Assembly (NCBI RefSeq): GCF_009914755.1
Contig: NC_060929.1
DNA length: 64,000 nucleotides
Strand: one strand, 5' to 3'
DNA from: the human T2T-CHM13v2.0 reference genome, Homo sapiens
Under the pieces are notes generated by a model. That model saw only the letters and a program-made list of their open reading frames with translations, was not told where the DNA came from and ran no database searches. Positions 28,273 to 39,852 of this stretch are shown piece after piece; position 1 is the first letter of the stretch, and the number at the start of each line of letters is the position of its first letter. Made by a program: the position numbers and the translations under genes.

Positions 28273-31200
28273 GGCCCAGTAGCCTTGCTGGGTGGCTAGA
28301 CCCAGAAGTGCAATAACAATCACTGCAGTCTGGCTCTTAGGAAGCCCCATCCCTAGAGAAAGCAGGAGAGCACCACATCAAGGGATTGCCCTGTGGGACA
28401 AAAGAATCTGAACAACAGCTTTTAAGTTTTAGACCTTCCCACTGAAACGGTCTACCCAAATGAGAAGGGACCAGAAAAGTAATTCTGGTAATATGACAGA
28501 ACAAGTTTCCGTAACACTCCTAAAAGATCACACTAGCCCTCCAGCAATGAATCCAAACCAAGAAGAAATCTCTGAATTGCCAGATAAAGAATCCAGAAGG
28601 ATGATTATTAAGCTACTAAAGGAGGTATCAGAGAAAGGTGAAGTCCAACTTTAAAAAATTTAAAAAAATGTAGGATATGGATGGAAAAGTCTCCAGAGAA
28701 ATAGATATCACAAAGACAATCACAACTTCTGGAAATAACAGGTACACTTAGAGAAATGCAAAACACACTGAAAGTTTAACAATAGAATTAAACAAGTAGA
28801 AGAAAAAACTTCAGAGCTTGAAGACAAGGCTTTTGAATTAACCTAATCCCACAAAGACAATTTAAAAAATGAACAAAGCTTCCAAGAAATTTGGGATTAT
28901 GTTAAACAACCAAACATAAGAATAATTGGTTTTCTTGAGGAAGAAAAGAAATCTAAACGTTTGAAAAACTTATTTGAGGGAATAATTGAGGAAAACTTCC
29001 CTGGTCTTGCTGGAGATCTAGACATCCAAATACAAGAAGCTCAATGAACACTTGTGGAATTCATCGCAGAGATCATTACCTAGGCACGTAGTCATCGGGT
29101 TATCTAAAGTCAGGATGAAGGAAAGAATCTTAACAGCTGTGAGACAAAAGCACCAGGAAACCTATAAAGAACAACCTATCAGATTAATGGATTTCTCAGC
29201 AGAAACCCTACAAGCCAGAATGGATTGGGGTCCTATCGTTAGCCTCCTTAACAAATAATTATCAGCCAAGAATTTTGTATCCAGCAAAACTAAGCTTTAT
29301 AAATAAAGGAGAGATAACACCTTTTTAAAATAAACAAATGCTGAGAGAATTTGCCACTACCAAGCCAGCACTACAAGAAATGGCAAAAGGAGTTCTAAAT
29401 CTTGAAAGAAAACCTCAAAATACACCAAAATGAACCTCCTTAAAGCATAAGTCTCACAGGATTAATAAAACAATGACATAATGAAAAAAAAACCCACAAA
29501 GTATTCAGACAACAACTAGCATAATGAACAGAACAGTACCTCACATCTCAATACTAATGTTGAATGTAAATGGCCTAAATGTTCCACTTAAAAGATACAG
29601 AATGGCAGAATGGATTAAAATTCACCAAATATCTGCTGTCTTCAAGAGACTTATCTGGCACATGAAGACTCACATAAACTTAAGATAAAGGGATGGAAAA
29701 AGATATTCCATGCAAATGGACACCAAAAGCAAGTAGGAATAGCTATTCTTATATCAGATAAAACAGACATCAAAGAAACAACAGCTAAAAAAGGCAAAGA
29801 GGGACATTATATAATGATAAAAGGATTAGTCCAACAGGAAAATATCACAATCCTAAATATATATGCACCTAATACTGGAGCACCCAAATTTGTAAAACAA
29901 CTACTACTAGACCTAAGAAATGAGATAGACGGCAACATAATAATTGTAGAGGACTTCGGTACTCGACTGACAGCACTAGACGGGACATCAAGACAAAGTC
30001 AACAAAGAAATGATGGATTTAAACTATACCCTAGAACAAATGGACTTAACAGATATTTAAGAACATTCTACCCAGCAACTGCAGAATATACATTCTTCTC
30101 ATCAGCATATGGAACATTCTCCAAGATAGACCATATGATAGGCCACAAAACAAGTCTCAATAAATTTAAGCAACTCGAAATAATATCAAGTACTCTCTCA
30201 GACCACAGTGAAATAAAATTGAAAATTAACTCCAAGACGAACCTTCAAAACTATACAAATACATGGAAATTAACAATCTGCTCCTGAATGATCATTGGGT
30301 CAACAACGAAATTAAGATGGAAATTAAAAAATTATTTGAACTGAACAATAATAGTGACAAAACCTATCAAAACCTCTCGGATACAGCAAAAGCAGTGCTA
30401 AAAGGAAAGTTCATAACATTAAATGCCTACTTCAAAAAGTCTGAAAGAGCATAAATAGATAATCTAGGGTTACACCTCAGGGAACCAGAGAAACAAGAAC
30501 AAACCAAACCCAAACCCATCAGAATAGAAATAGCAAAGATCAGAGCAGAACTAAATGAAATTGAAACAAAAAATATGCAAAAGGTAAATGATACAAAAAG
30601 CTGGTTCTTTCAAAAGATAAACGAAATCAATAGACCATTAGGGAATTTAACCAAAAAAAGAAGAGAGAAGATCCAAATAAGCTCAATTAGAAACAAGATG
30701 GGGGACGTTACAACTGTTACCACAGAAATACAAAAGATCATTCAAGGCTGCTATGAACACCTTTTTGTGCCTAAACTGGAAAGCCTAGAGGAGATGGATA
30801 AATTCCTGGAAATATACAACCCTCTTAGATTAAACCAGGAAGAAATAGAAACTCTGAACAGACCAATAACAAGTAGCATGATTGAAACAGTAATTTAAAA
30901 ATTGTCAAGAAAATAAACTTCAGGACCAGACAAATTCACAGCTGAATTCTATCAGACATTCAAAGAAGAATTGGTACCAATCCTACTGAAATTATCCCAA
31001 AAGATAGAGAAATAGGGAATTATCCCCAAATCATTCTATGAAGCCAGTATTACCCTAATCCCAAAACTAGGAAAGGACATAACAACAACAACAACAAAAC
31101 TACAGACCAATATCCCTGATGAACATAGACGCAAAAATCCTCAACAAAATACCAGCTAACTGAATTCAACAGCGTATCAAAAAGATAATACACTATCATC

Positions 31201-33168
31201 AAGTGGGTTTCATACCAGGGACGCAGGGCTGGTTTAACTATACGCAAGTCAATAAATGTGATACACCACATAAACAGAAGTAAAAATAGAAATCACATGA
31301 TCATCTCAATAGATGCAGAAAAAAGCACCTGAAAAAATCCAGCATCTCTTTATGATTAAAACCCTCAGCAAAATCAGCATAGAAGGGACATACCTTAAGG
31401 TAATAAAAGCTATCTATGACAAACCCACAGCCAACATTATACTAAATGGAAAAAAGTTGAAAGCATTCTCCCTAAGAACTGGAACAAGACAAGAATACCC
31501 ACTTTTGCCACTTCTATTCAGCGTAGTACTGGAAGTCCTAGCCAGAGCAATCAGACAAAAGAAAGAGATAAAGGGCATCCACATTGACAAAGAGGAAGTC
31601 AAGCTGTTGCTGTTTGCTGATATAATCACATACCTAGAAAACCCTAAAGACTCATCCAAAAAGTTCCTAGATCTGATAAATGAATTCAGTAAACTTTCAG
31701 GATACAAAATTAATGTACACAAATCAGTAGCACTGCTATATACCAACAGTGACTGACCTGAGAATTAAATCAAGAACTCAACCCCTTTTATGATAGCTGC
31801 AAAAAATAAAAAATAAAGTAAAAATACTTAGGAATATATCTAACCAAGGAGGTGAAAGATTTCTACAAGGAAAACTACAAAACACTGCTGAAAGAAATCA
31901 TAGATGACACAAACAAATGTAAAAACATCCCATATTCATGAATGGGTAGAATCAATATTGTGAAAATGACCATCCTGCCAAAAGCAATCTACAGATTCAA
32001 TGCAATTCCCATAAAAAATGCCACCATTATTCCTCACAGAACTAGAAAAAACATTTCTAAAATTCATATGGAACAAAAAAAGGCCCACATAGTCAAAGAA
32101 AGAGTAAGCAAAAAAGAACAAATCTGGAGACATCACATTAATCAACTTCAATCTATATTACAAGGATACAGTTACCAAAACAGCATGGTACTCGTATAAA
32201 AACACCAATGGAACAGAATAGAGAACTCAGAAATAATGCCAAATACTTATAGCCAATGGATCTTCGACAAAGCAAACAAAAACATAAAATGGGGGAAACG
32301 ACACCCTATTCAACAAATGGTACTGGGATAATGCAAGCCACATGTAGAAGAATAAAACTGGATCCTTATCTCTTATCTTATACAAAAATCAACTCAAGTT
32401 GGATCAAATACTTAAATCTAAGACTTGAAACCATAAAAATTCTAGAAGATAATATCAGAAAAACTCTTCTAGTCTTTGGCTTAGGCAAAAACTTCATGAC
32501 CAAGAATCTAAAAGTAAATGCAAGAAAAACAAAGATAAATAGATGGAACTTAAACTAAAAAGCTTCTGCTCAGCAAATGAAATTATCAGTAAGCAGACAA
32601 CCCACAGAGTGGGAGAAAATATTCACAAACTATGCATCTGACAAAAAACTAATATCCAGAATCTACAAGAAATCTGAACAAATCAGCAAGAAAAAAACAA
32701 ATAATCCCATCAAAAAGTGGACTAAGGGCATGAATAGAAAATTTTCAAGAGAAGATATACAAATGGCCAAGAAATACATGAAAAAATGCTCAACATCACT
32801 AATTATCAGGAAAATGCAAATCAAAACCACGATGTGATACCTCGTTACCCCGGAAAGAATAGCCATCATTTAAAAATAAAAAAAATAGATGTTGGCGTGG
32901 ATGTGGTGAAAAGGGAACACTTTTACACTGCTGGTGAGAATGTAAACTAGTATAACCGCTGTGGAAAACAGTATGGAGATTCCTTAAAGAACTAAAGTAG
33001 AACTACCATTTGATTCAGCAATCCCACTACTGTGTATGTGCCCAGAGGAAAAGAAAAGTCATATTATGAAAAAGACACTTGCACATCCATGTTTATAGCA
33101 GCACAATTTGCAATTGCAAAAATACGGAACCAGCCTAAATGTCCACCAATCAATGAGTGGATAAAGAG

Positions 33169-33170
<2 letters not shown>

Positions 33171-33216
<46 letters not shown>
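33171..33216. repeat. (CA)23 microsatellite near the end of L1 ORF2
   Basis: Perfect CA run. Confidence 0.97.
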
Positions 33217-33221
<5 letters not shown>

Positions 33222-33843
33222 TCACCATGGAATACTACTCAGCCATAAAAAGGAATGAAGCAAAGGCATTCACAGCAACCTGAACGGAGTTGGAGAACAT
33301 TATTCTAAGTAGGTAACTCGGTAATGGAAAATCAAATGTTGTATGTTCTCACTTATAAGTGGGAACTAAGCTATGAGGATGCAAAGGCATAAGAATGATA
33401 CATTGGACTCAGAGGACTTGGGGTGAAGGGTGGGAGGGAGATGAGGGATAAAGACTACACATTGGGTGCAGTGTACACTGCTCGGGTGATGGGTGCACCA
33501 AAATATCAGAAATCACCACTAAAGAACTTAAACATTTAACCAAATACCACCTGTTCCCCCAAAACGATTGAATAATAATTTAAAAAAGTTAGAAGGACAT
33601 GATCTTAGAATAAATAATCATCCCTTAAGTTAAAAGAATTAGCTTTAGAAAAAAAATATTACGTTTTCTTTATTTTTCTCATTTTGCTACAGATGACTGT
33701 GGGCACAATGGTGCTATTTCACACACACAGCTTCACCTAGATCATGGTCAAGGCAGCTGCAGTTTGACACCTGCTCCTACTCAGTCTTTGGGGGATTTTT
33801 CAAGCTTGGTGGAGAAGTTCCAGGCTCCCAGGATCATCTAGGT

Positions 33844-34051
33844 CAGGGATGTCAAATCTTTTGGCTTCGCCGGGCCACAATGGAAAAAAAAAAGGAATTG
33901 TCTTGGGCCACACACAAAATACTTTAACAGTAACAGATAGCTGATGAGCTTAAAAAAAAGTAAAAAAAATCCCATAGTGTTTTAAGAAAGTTAATACATT
34001 TGTGTTGGGCTGCATTCTAAGCTGCTCTGGGTAACGGGTTGGACAAGCTTG
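33844..34051 (+). mobile_element. MER30 (hAT MITE)
   Basis: cagggatgtcaaatcttttggcttc..gaattgtcttgggccacac..gggttggacaagcttg. TSD atctaggt/atataagt. Confidence 0.88.
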
Positions 34052-34149
34052 ATATAAGTCAATATTCTCTTCTTTGAATTTGTATTTTCCCCATGTCACT
34101 TGAGCAATCAGAGGAAGTCACGCTTTGGGCAACCTGAGAAAAGCAGCTG

Positions 34150-34365
34150 TCTTTGACTGAATACTCCCAGTGTGTCAGGCACTATGCTTAATGATTACCT
34201 ATATTTTAATCCATAAAAAGAAAGGAGAGATATTTTCATCCCCTTTTTCCAAATGAAGCGACTGTGCTTCAGAGATATTAAGCGTATTTTCTGAGCTCAC
34301 AGTGCTATTTAATGGTAATTCTGCGATTTGAACCAAAGTCTCTCTGAATCCAAAGTCCTCATATT
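34150..34365 (-). mobile_element. MIR SINE
   Basis: gtgtcaggcactatgctta..caaatgaagcgactgtgcttcagaga..gatttgaaccaaagtctctctgaatccaaag. Confidence 0.75.
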
Positions 34366-35004
34366 GGAATTATCTGTTGCCATAGAATGTATTATAAATA
34401 TTACTTTGGTAGAAGCAAAAAAATGACACTTTGCTTCCAATATGGTGTGAGGGTCATGTGTGCAGAACCCCCCCCCCCAAAATAACAGGTTACTCTGACT
34501 GGTTCTGGTCCTCAAATTATTTGAACTTTAATTATTTCACATAAAGCTTGGCTCCCTAACAAAAGCAGTTTAATCCTGGATTCTTGCTATGCTGGTGACT
34601 GCGGCTATGTCTTGATCCTTCTGAATATGGCAATTGCATGAGAAAGCTGTTTTTCCACTATGAGTAGACAAATGTAAACTTGGTATCCTTGGTAATTTTT
34701 CCATATATTCCCTTAAAGATGGGTGTTTTGTGTTTGTTCTGAAGTCTGACTCCCTTGCATTTATTGGAAGTAAACTTTTTTCTCTTTCTCTCCCGAACAT
34801 TTCTGTCTCTCAGTATTTCTCAGTCTTTCAGGTTTTCTTCAATCTGTTCCTCTACCCTACCTGATGCTATACTTCCTTCACTCCCAACTCCTTCCCGAGG
34901 TAGGTAGTCTCTTCCTTTCCTCCAGTCAGGCCAACCTACCCTGGAATCTTGGTCATTACCATCATTGTCATCTTCCTCTTATTTCTTCCCATCATCATCA
35001 TGAA

Positions 35005-35250
35005 TTTTAAAGCATTAATTTACTGTATGTCTAGAATTTTGCTAAATCCTTTACGCCTATTGCTTCTTTTAATCTTTATTATTTCTAGAAGTCACGTGGC
35101 ATCCTCACAATTATGCTCATTTTTTAAAAAAGAAACTATGATTTAGACAGATTATGCCATGTACCTAAATTCATATGGCTGAAAAATGGTGAAGCTGGGT
35201 GTGTAAACTAGGCCTGTCCAAAATCCATGCTGTTAACTACTTTATATTGC
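35005..35250 (-). mobile_element. MIR SINE (diverged)
   Basis: gcattaatttactgtatg..aagaaactatgatttaga..aatggtgaagctggg..ccaaaatccatgctgttaactact. Confidence 0.55.
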
Positions 35251-36947
35251 CTTTCTTCTTGAACACTTCCACAATTTCTTGGACTGCCCATACATCATGA
35301 TCTAAAGCAAGGTCATCCTCACTTTCCAGGTCCATAGAGAATTCCTATCCTCTCAAATTTTAATCAGTACCATGGCATTAGGCATTGTTCTGTTTATATC
35401 ATTTGCCACTATGTTATAAGTGCCCTGCCTACTCAGCTAAAACCTAAAAGAACTGGGACACAGACATGCAAGAAATAAGTAGGAAACAACATAAGCCAAT
35501 TAACAGCATCGTAGTTTTATAGCCAGAGAATATATTGATAGGTGGATTTCCCAGCAAGTTACCCAGGGTGGGCCCAAAGCTTTAAGAACATCCAGAAAGA
35601 TGCATTCAGGAAGCTGATGGGCATCAGGGATTTGGCACAGTTGGCCTACTGTTTCTCTTTTCTTTTCACAAATGCTGAGAACACACAGTATGTTGGACAC
35701 TGGGAGAGGTACTGGGGATGCAGAACACAGGGGTAAATGAAACAGTGTGACAGGTGAACTCTGAAAACAGGAGCCTCAGTCTGGAGTTGGCATTTTTCAG
35801 TACTGAGCAAGTAAGGGGTCTTCCCCATGTCATGGAAACACAAGTACACACAAGGCCACGCTGACCATCTCCTGTTACATCTGCTTCCTTCTCAGTGCCC
35901 CATGTATACCATTTGATGCACACTGAAAGACAGAGTTTCCATAGATGAGTTGGAGCCATATAGGGGTATTTGTTTAACAGAGGAGGGTAGTGATTTTTTA
36001 AATCCTTGGCAAATTCCATTGTCTTTACAAATTTAATTCTTTCCTAGAGACCCAGCTCTCTTCCTTCTCACCTGAAAGCTTTCAAAGACAGCTTTGTTGC
36101 CAATCCTGTCTTCTGACTGTGTTTATTATAAAGATTGACAGGAGAGTGAAGTGCGTGTTACATAAGGAACAGCACAGGATACCTGGAATTGGGACGGGGC
36201 CCACATTTCACAATTGTGGTACATTCTACAAGGCCCACACAATTGCTCTATTAAATTAAATGACTGCAATCTCCATCTGCACTGGTAATCGCCACATAGG
36301 CTGGGCGCCTTTACAGCCAATAGCCTGCAGGTGTGCAAATAAGCACTCACAGTCCATACCAGATGTCAGGGCCTAATTAAAATATAGAATGAAAGTGCTC
36401 TTCCCTAGGTACTAAGCAGGCAGCACTGTGGTGCTTCTTGGGACAGAAAATGGCAAAGGCAGAAAATTTAATTCTAGTTGTAGCAGCAAATGTCTGCAAG
36501 AAATTCACCTCCTGAGGACCACTTAGCAGTAAAAGGAAAGTCAAAAGGAAACCATCTCATTCTCTTGTTCAACATCATTTTCAGTCGGTTGCCATAGTAC
36601 AATTAGTAGCATTGCCATAGCACAATCAGACCAAAAGCAGAGACTTAGAGTTAAGGATCCCAGCTTGATTTATTCAGATCCTGAAATCAGAAAAAGTCAG
36701 ACATGCCCTAATGATAAACAAGTCGTACAGTTCATGATTTTGCCCGAAGGGGATGCCATGTCACCTGGATTCTAAAGGCTTAAGAGAACAGCTGAAGAGC
36801 TATTGATCAACTAAATAATGTACAAAGAGAAGTGATAGGAGGTAACTGTCTTTTAAAGCCCACGAGAGCCAGTGTTTGGGGTGATAATAAAAGTTTATAA
36901 TCACTTAAGAATCTACCAAATCCTACCCCCTTTCCTCCTAATGTATT

Positions 36948-37080
36948 CTTTGTTTCTGTCTCTTTCTCTCTGTGTCTCTGTCTCTCTTTTTCTGCCTCCA
37001 TCTCTCTCTGTCCCTCTCTATCCTCTCTCTTCTCTCTCTCTCTGCCTTTCTTGCTTTCTCTGGCTCTGTTTCTGTCTTTC
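36948..37080. repeat. CT-rich low-complexity tract
   Basis: Degenerate (TC)n/(TCTG)n polypyrimidine stretch. Confidence 0.85.
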
Positions 37081-37419
37081 TGGATGCCACTGGCTAGTTG
37101 CCCTTCCTCTGCAATTTTGTCTTTACTCTCTTCCCCACCCCACCTCTTCATCTGCCTCCTTCTCATTTCCTCCATTTATTTTGTTATGTTATGAAAAACA
37201 CGGGCCTTGGAATTGCAAATATCTGAGCACGAGTTCTGGCCCTGGTATATTTTCGTTTTAGCTGAACACATTTTTTTTCCTTTTCCTTAGGCTTAATTTA
37301 AAAATCAGATGAATTGAATTCCATGGTACTCTCAAAAAACAAAATTAAGTTATTTGAAATATGGGTAGCTCCCAATTTATTTATTCAGGAACCCTAAGGA
37401 ACACTCTTCTTCATTTAAA

Positions 37420-37715
37420 AGTGGCTTTTCACATTTCCCAGTGCAAGGTATTTTTATCTTTGGTAGTACACATGGTAATTTTGGTTAGTGTACTTTTATT
37501 TTAATAGCAAAGCACTTATTTTAACACGGTCTTAGAAAAAAATGAAATAAGCACATCAAAACCATGTTTTTATGGATGTAAAATAGTTGATCTAAATAGT
37601 ATTAAGTAAATCACTGAACAGATGGTAAAATAGTTGATCTAAATAGTATTAAGTAAACTACTGAATAGATGGTATGCAATTCTGGCAAAAATAATGAAGG
37701 TGTTACTTGAATGAT
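37420..37715 (-). mobile_element. MER112-like hAT-Charlie MITE with an internal 47-bp tandem duplication
   Basis: ttagaaaaaaatgaaataagcacatcaaaacc..attaagtaaa..gatggtatgc..tggcaaaaataatgaaggtgttacttgaatga. Confidence 0.6.
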
Positions 37716-38352
37716 GGTGTAACAATTTCTATAGCGTAGGTATTTGCATACTCAGCATATATTGGGTGGACACCATACACTAGGTCTACACATTATTTTC
37801 TATCCTTTTTCTCACCACCCTCAAAAGTGACTGAGGCTCTGAGTGGTGAATACGTTTGCTGAAAGGGTTGGAACTGGGGTTGAGTCAAGGCTTTGGCCTC
37901 AGTTATAAAGTCACACACCTTCGATTATATCACAATACCCTCAGAAGTATGCACAGTGCCTGTAGGTGGTGAGTTTGTAAGAAATGATGGATGTTCACTG
38001 GCATAATCATTTAGGCAAAATGTATCCTTAAACTCTCATATCAGCCTTACAAGGTAAACATTCATCTCTTTCTTTTAGGGGTGATAAAATAGGCATAAAA
38101 TGGTTAAGTGGCTTACACCTCATGCTGAGGAGTATTTGGGATTATTCCTAAATACTGTCTAATAATACAGCATCATTAGCATCTTTAACTTCCATTTCTT
38201 CTAAGTGCTGGCTGAAGAGTCTTGGGTGTCCCACATATAGGGTATGATTATAGAATAATGAGAATAATCTTTAAAGAATTACTTCATGAGCTGCTAATAA
38301 AAGGTAGATTTCTCATAAATTTATTGTCCCTTTTATAAAAGGTATATGTCCT

Positions 38353-39110
38353 TAAAAAATTTGATTGTGTGTATTTAAGAAACTCAACGTGATATTTTGA
38401 TGTACATAGGTATAGTGAGATGCTTACTATAGTCAAGCTAATTAACATATTCATAATCTCACATAGTCTCTCCCCACTTTTTGTGGTAAGAATACCTAAA
38501 TCTACTCTTACCAAATTTCTAGTATAGAATACAATATTATTAACTATTATGCTCATGTTGTACCTTAGCTCTCTGTCCCATCTTGCTTTGATCCAAGCCA
38601 GAGTTGGTAAGAAAAATGTATCTGTGGTAGGAAGGATTCTAAGATGGTCCTCAAGATTCCTGGCTCCTGTTTCACACATACTGTCTCCCACTTGTTCGGT
38701 TCCATACTATTCTAGGTACTGCTGGAAAGGGGTATGGCAGATGTATTTAAGGTCCCAAAGCAGTTTACCTTAAGACAGAGGTTAGCCTGGATAAGGCCGA
38801 CTAATCGGGGAAGCCCCTCCAAGGGCTTTTCCTGCAAGAGAGATTTGAAGTGTGACAGGTGAATATTTAAGTTGCTTCCATAACTTGGCTATTATGAGTA
38901 GCGCTGCAGTGAACGTGAGAGCAGAGATTTCTCTTAGATATACTGATTTCAAATCTTTTGGGTTAATACCCAGAAGTGAAATTGCTGGATCATATGGTAA
39001 TTGTTTTTAGTTTTTGAGGAACCTCCATACAGTTTTCCACAGTCACCACTAATCAACGTTTCTAATAATAGTGTATGTGCAAGGTTTCCCTTTTCTCCAC
39101 AAGCTCTTCT
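38353..39110 (-). mobile_element. L1MA (MA9/10-like) 3' fragments flanking an LTR piece
   Basis: tatagtcaagctaattaacatattcat..aatacaatattattaactat. After 38858: ttggctattatgagtagcgctgc..attgctggatcatatggtaa..tttttgaggaacctccatac. Confidence 0.8.
38623..38857 (+). mobile_element. MaLR LTR 5' part (MLT1E-like)
   Basis: tgtggtaggaaggattctaagatgg..tctaggtactgctg..gcagatgtatttaaggtcccaa. Confidence 0.7.
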
Positions 39111-39292
39111 TAATACTACCCTCAGATGATGCCTGCAAAGTGTATCATCCCTTGTGGGTTTATGTGCCAGGTTGACTTTTCTTATCTGCTCATTTCCTCC
39201 TGAACACTGTGCCTGTCATCCAGGAAGCCAACGGGAGGTGGTGTCTGTGGGATGTGGCTGTGATACCTGGACTGTGGTCTTGTGTCCTCTAA

Positions 39293-39609
39293 CAGCAGTT
39301 CCCAACCTTTTGGCATCAGGTACCAGTTCTGTGGAAGACAATTCTTCCAGGGATGTGGGGGCATGAGGATGGTTTTGGGATGAAACTGTTCCACCTCAGA
39401 TCGTCAGGCATTAGATTCTTGTAAGGAGCGAGCAACCTAGATCCCTGGCATGCACAGTTCACAATAGGGTTTGTGCTCCTATGAGAATCTAATGCTGCCA
39501 GTGATCTGACAGGGGGTGGAGCTCAGGCAGTAATGCTCATCTGCTGCTCACCTCCTACTATGCTGCCCATTTCCTACTGATCCATGGCCTGGGGGTTGGG
39601 GAACCCCTG
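39293..39609 (+). mobile_element. MER1B (hAT-Charlie MITE)
   Basis: cagcagttcccaacctttt..gatgaaactgttccacctcagatc..gcaacctagatccc..gggttggggaacccctg. TSD tcctctaa/tcctaaaa. Confidence 0.92.
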
Positions 39610-39839
39610 TCCTAAAAAGCCAGTCTTCCCTGGGGCAAGTCAGCGATGCTTAACTCAGACAGATTCCCAGATATCTCTGGGTTTGCAATTCTAACTGAAA
39701 CCCACAGTGTAAGTCTTTAGGGAGAAATCTGTTGGTAGCTCTAAACAGTTGCTGACACATGGAAAAACCAGGACTGTATGGACCACACTTAAGACAACCA
39801 ACCACGAAAACTATTCTGCTAATTTTTAGAATTTTGTTG

Positions 39840-39852
39840 TGCTGACTCAGCA
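39840..39852. promoter_or_regulatory. Perfect T-MARE TGCTGACTCAGCA
   Basis: Exact 13-bp Maf recognition element with an AT-rich 5' flank. Confidence 0.5.

Larger units (their letters stand above)
27466..33581 (+). mobile_element. Near-full-length decayed L1 (L1PB-type), ~6.1 kb
   Basis: 5'UTR, ORF1 remnants from 28460 (MRRDQKSNSGNM..) and ORF2 from ~29524. EN motifs (LNIYAPNTGAP, SKIDHMIGHK, SDHSEIKL) and RT (GTRQ..; FADD decayed to FADI). L1PB 3'UTR (gctatgaggatgcaaaggcataagaatgatac). TSD aaaaatgttagaa 27453-27465 / aaaaaagttagaa 33582-33594 at a tt/aaaa site. Many stops and frameshifts. Confidence 0.95.

Noticed and set aside
28460-33369. L1 ORF1/ORF2 fragments as functional CDS or a novel RT system
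   Set aside because: They are broken by many stops and frameshifts, the RT FADD motif is lost, and this is an ordinary dead L1.
36807-37261. Charged and Leu/Ser-rich ORFs on both strands
   Set aside because: Translation artefact of a CT-rich low-complexity tract.
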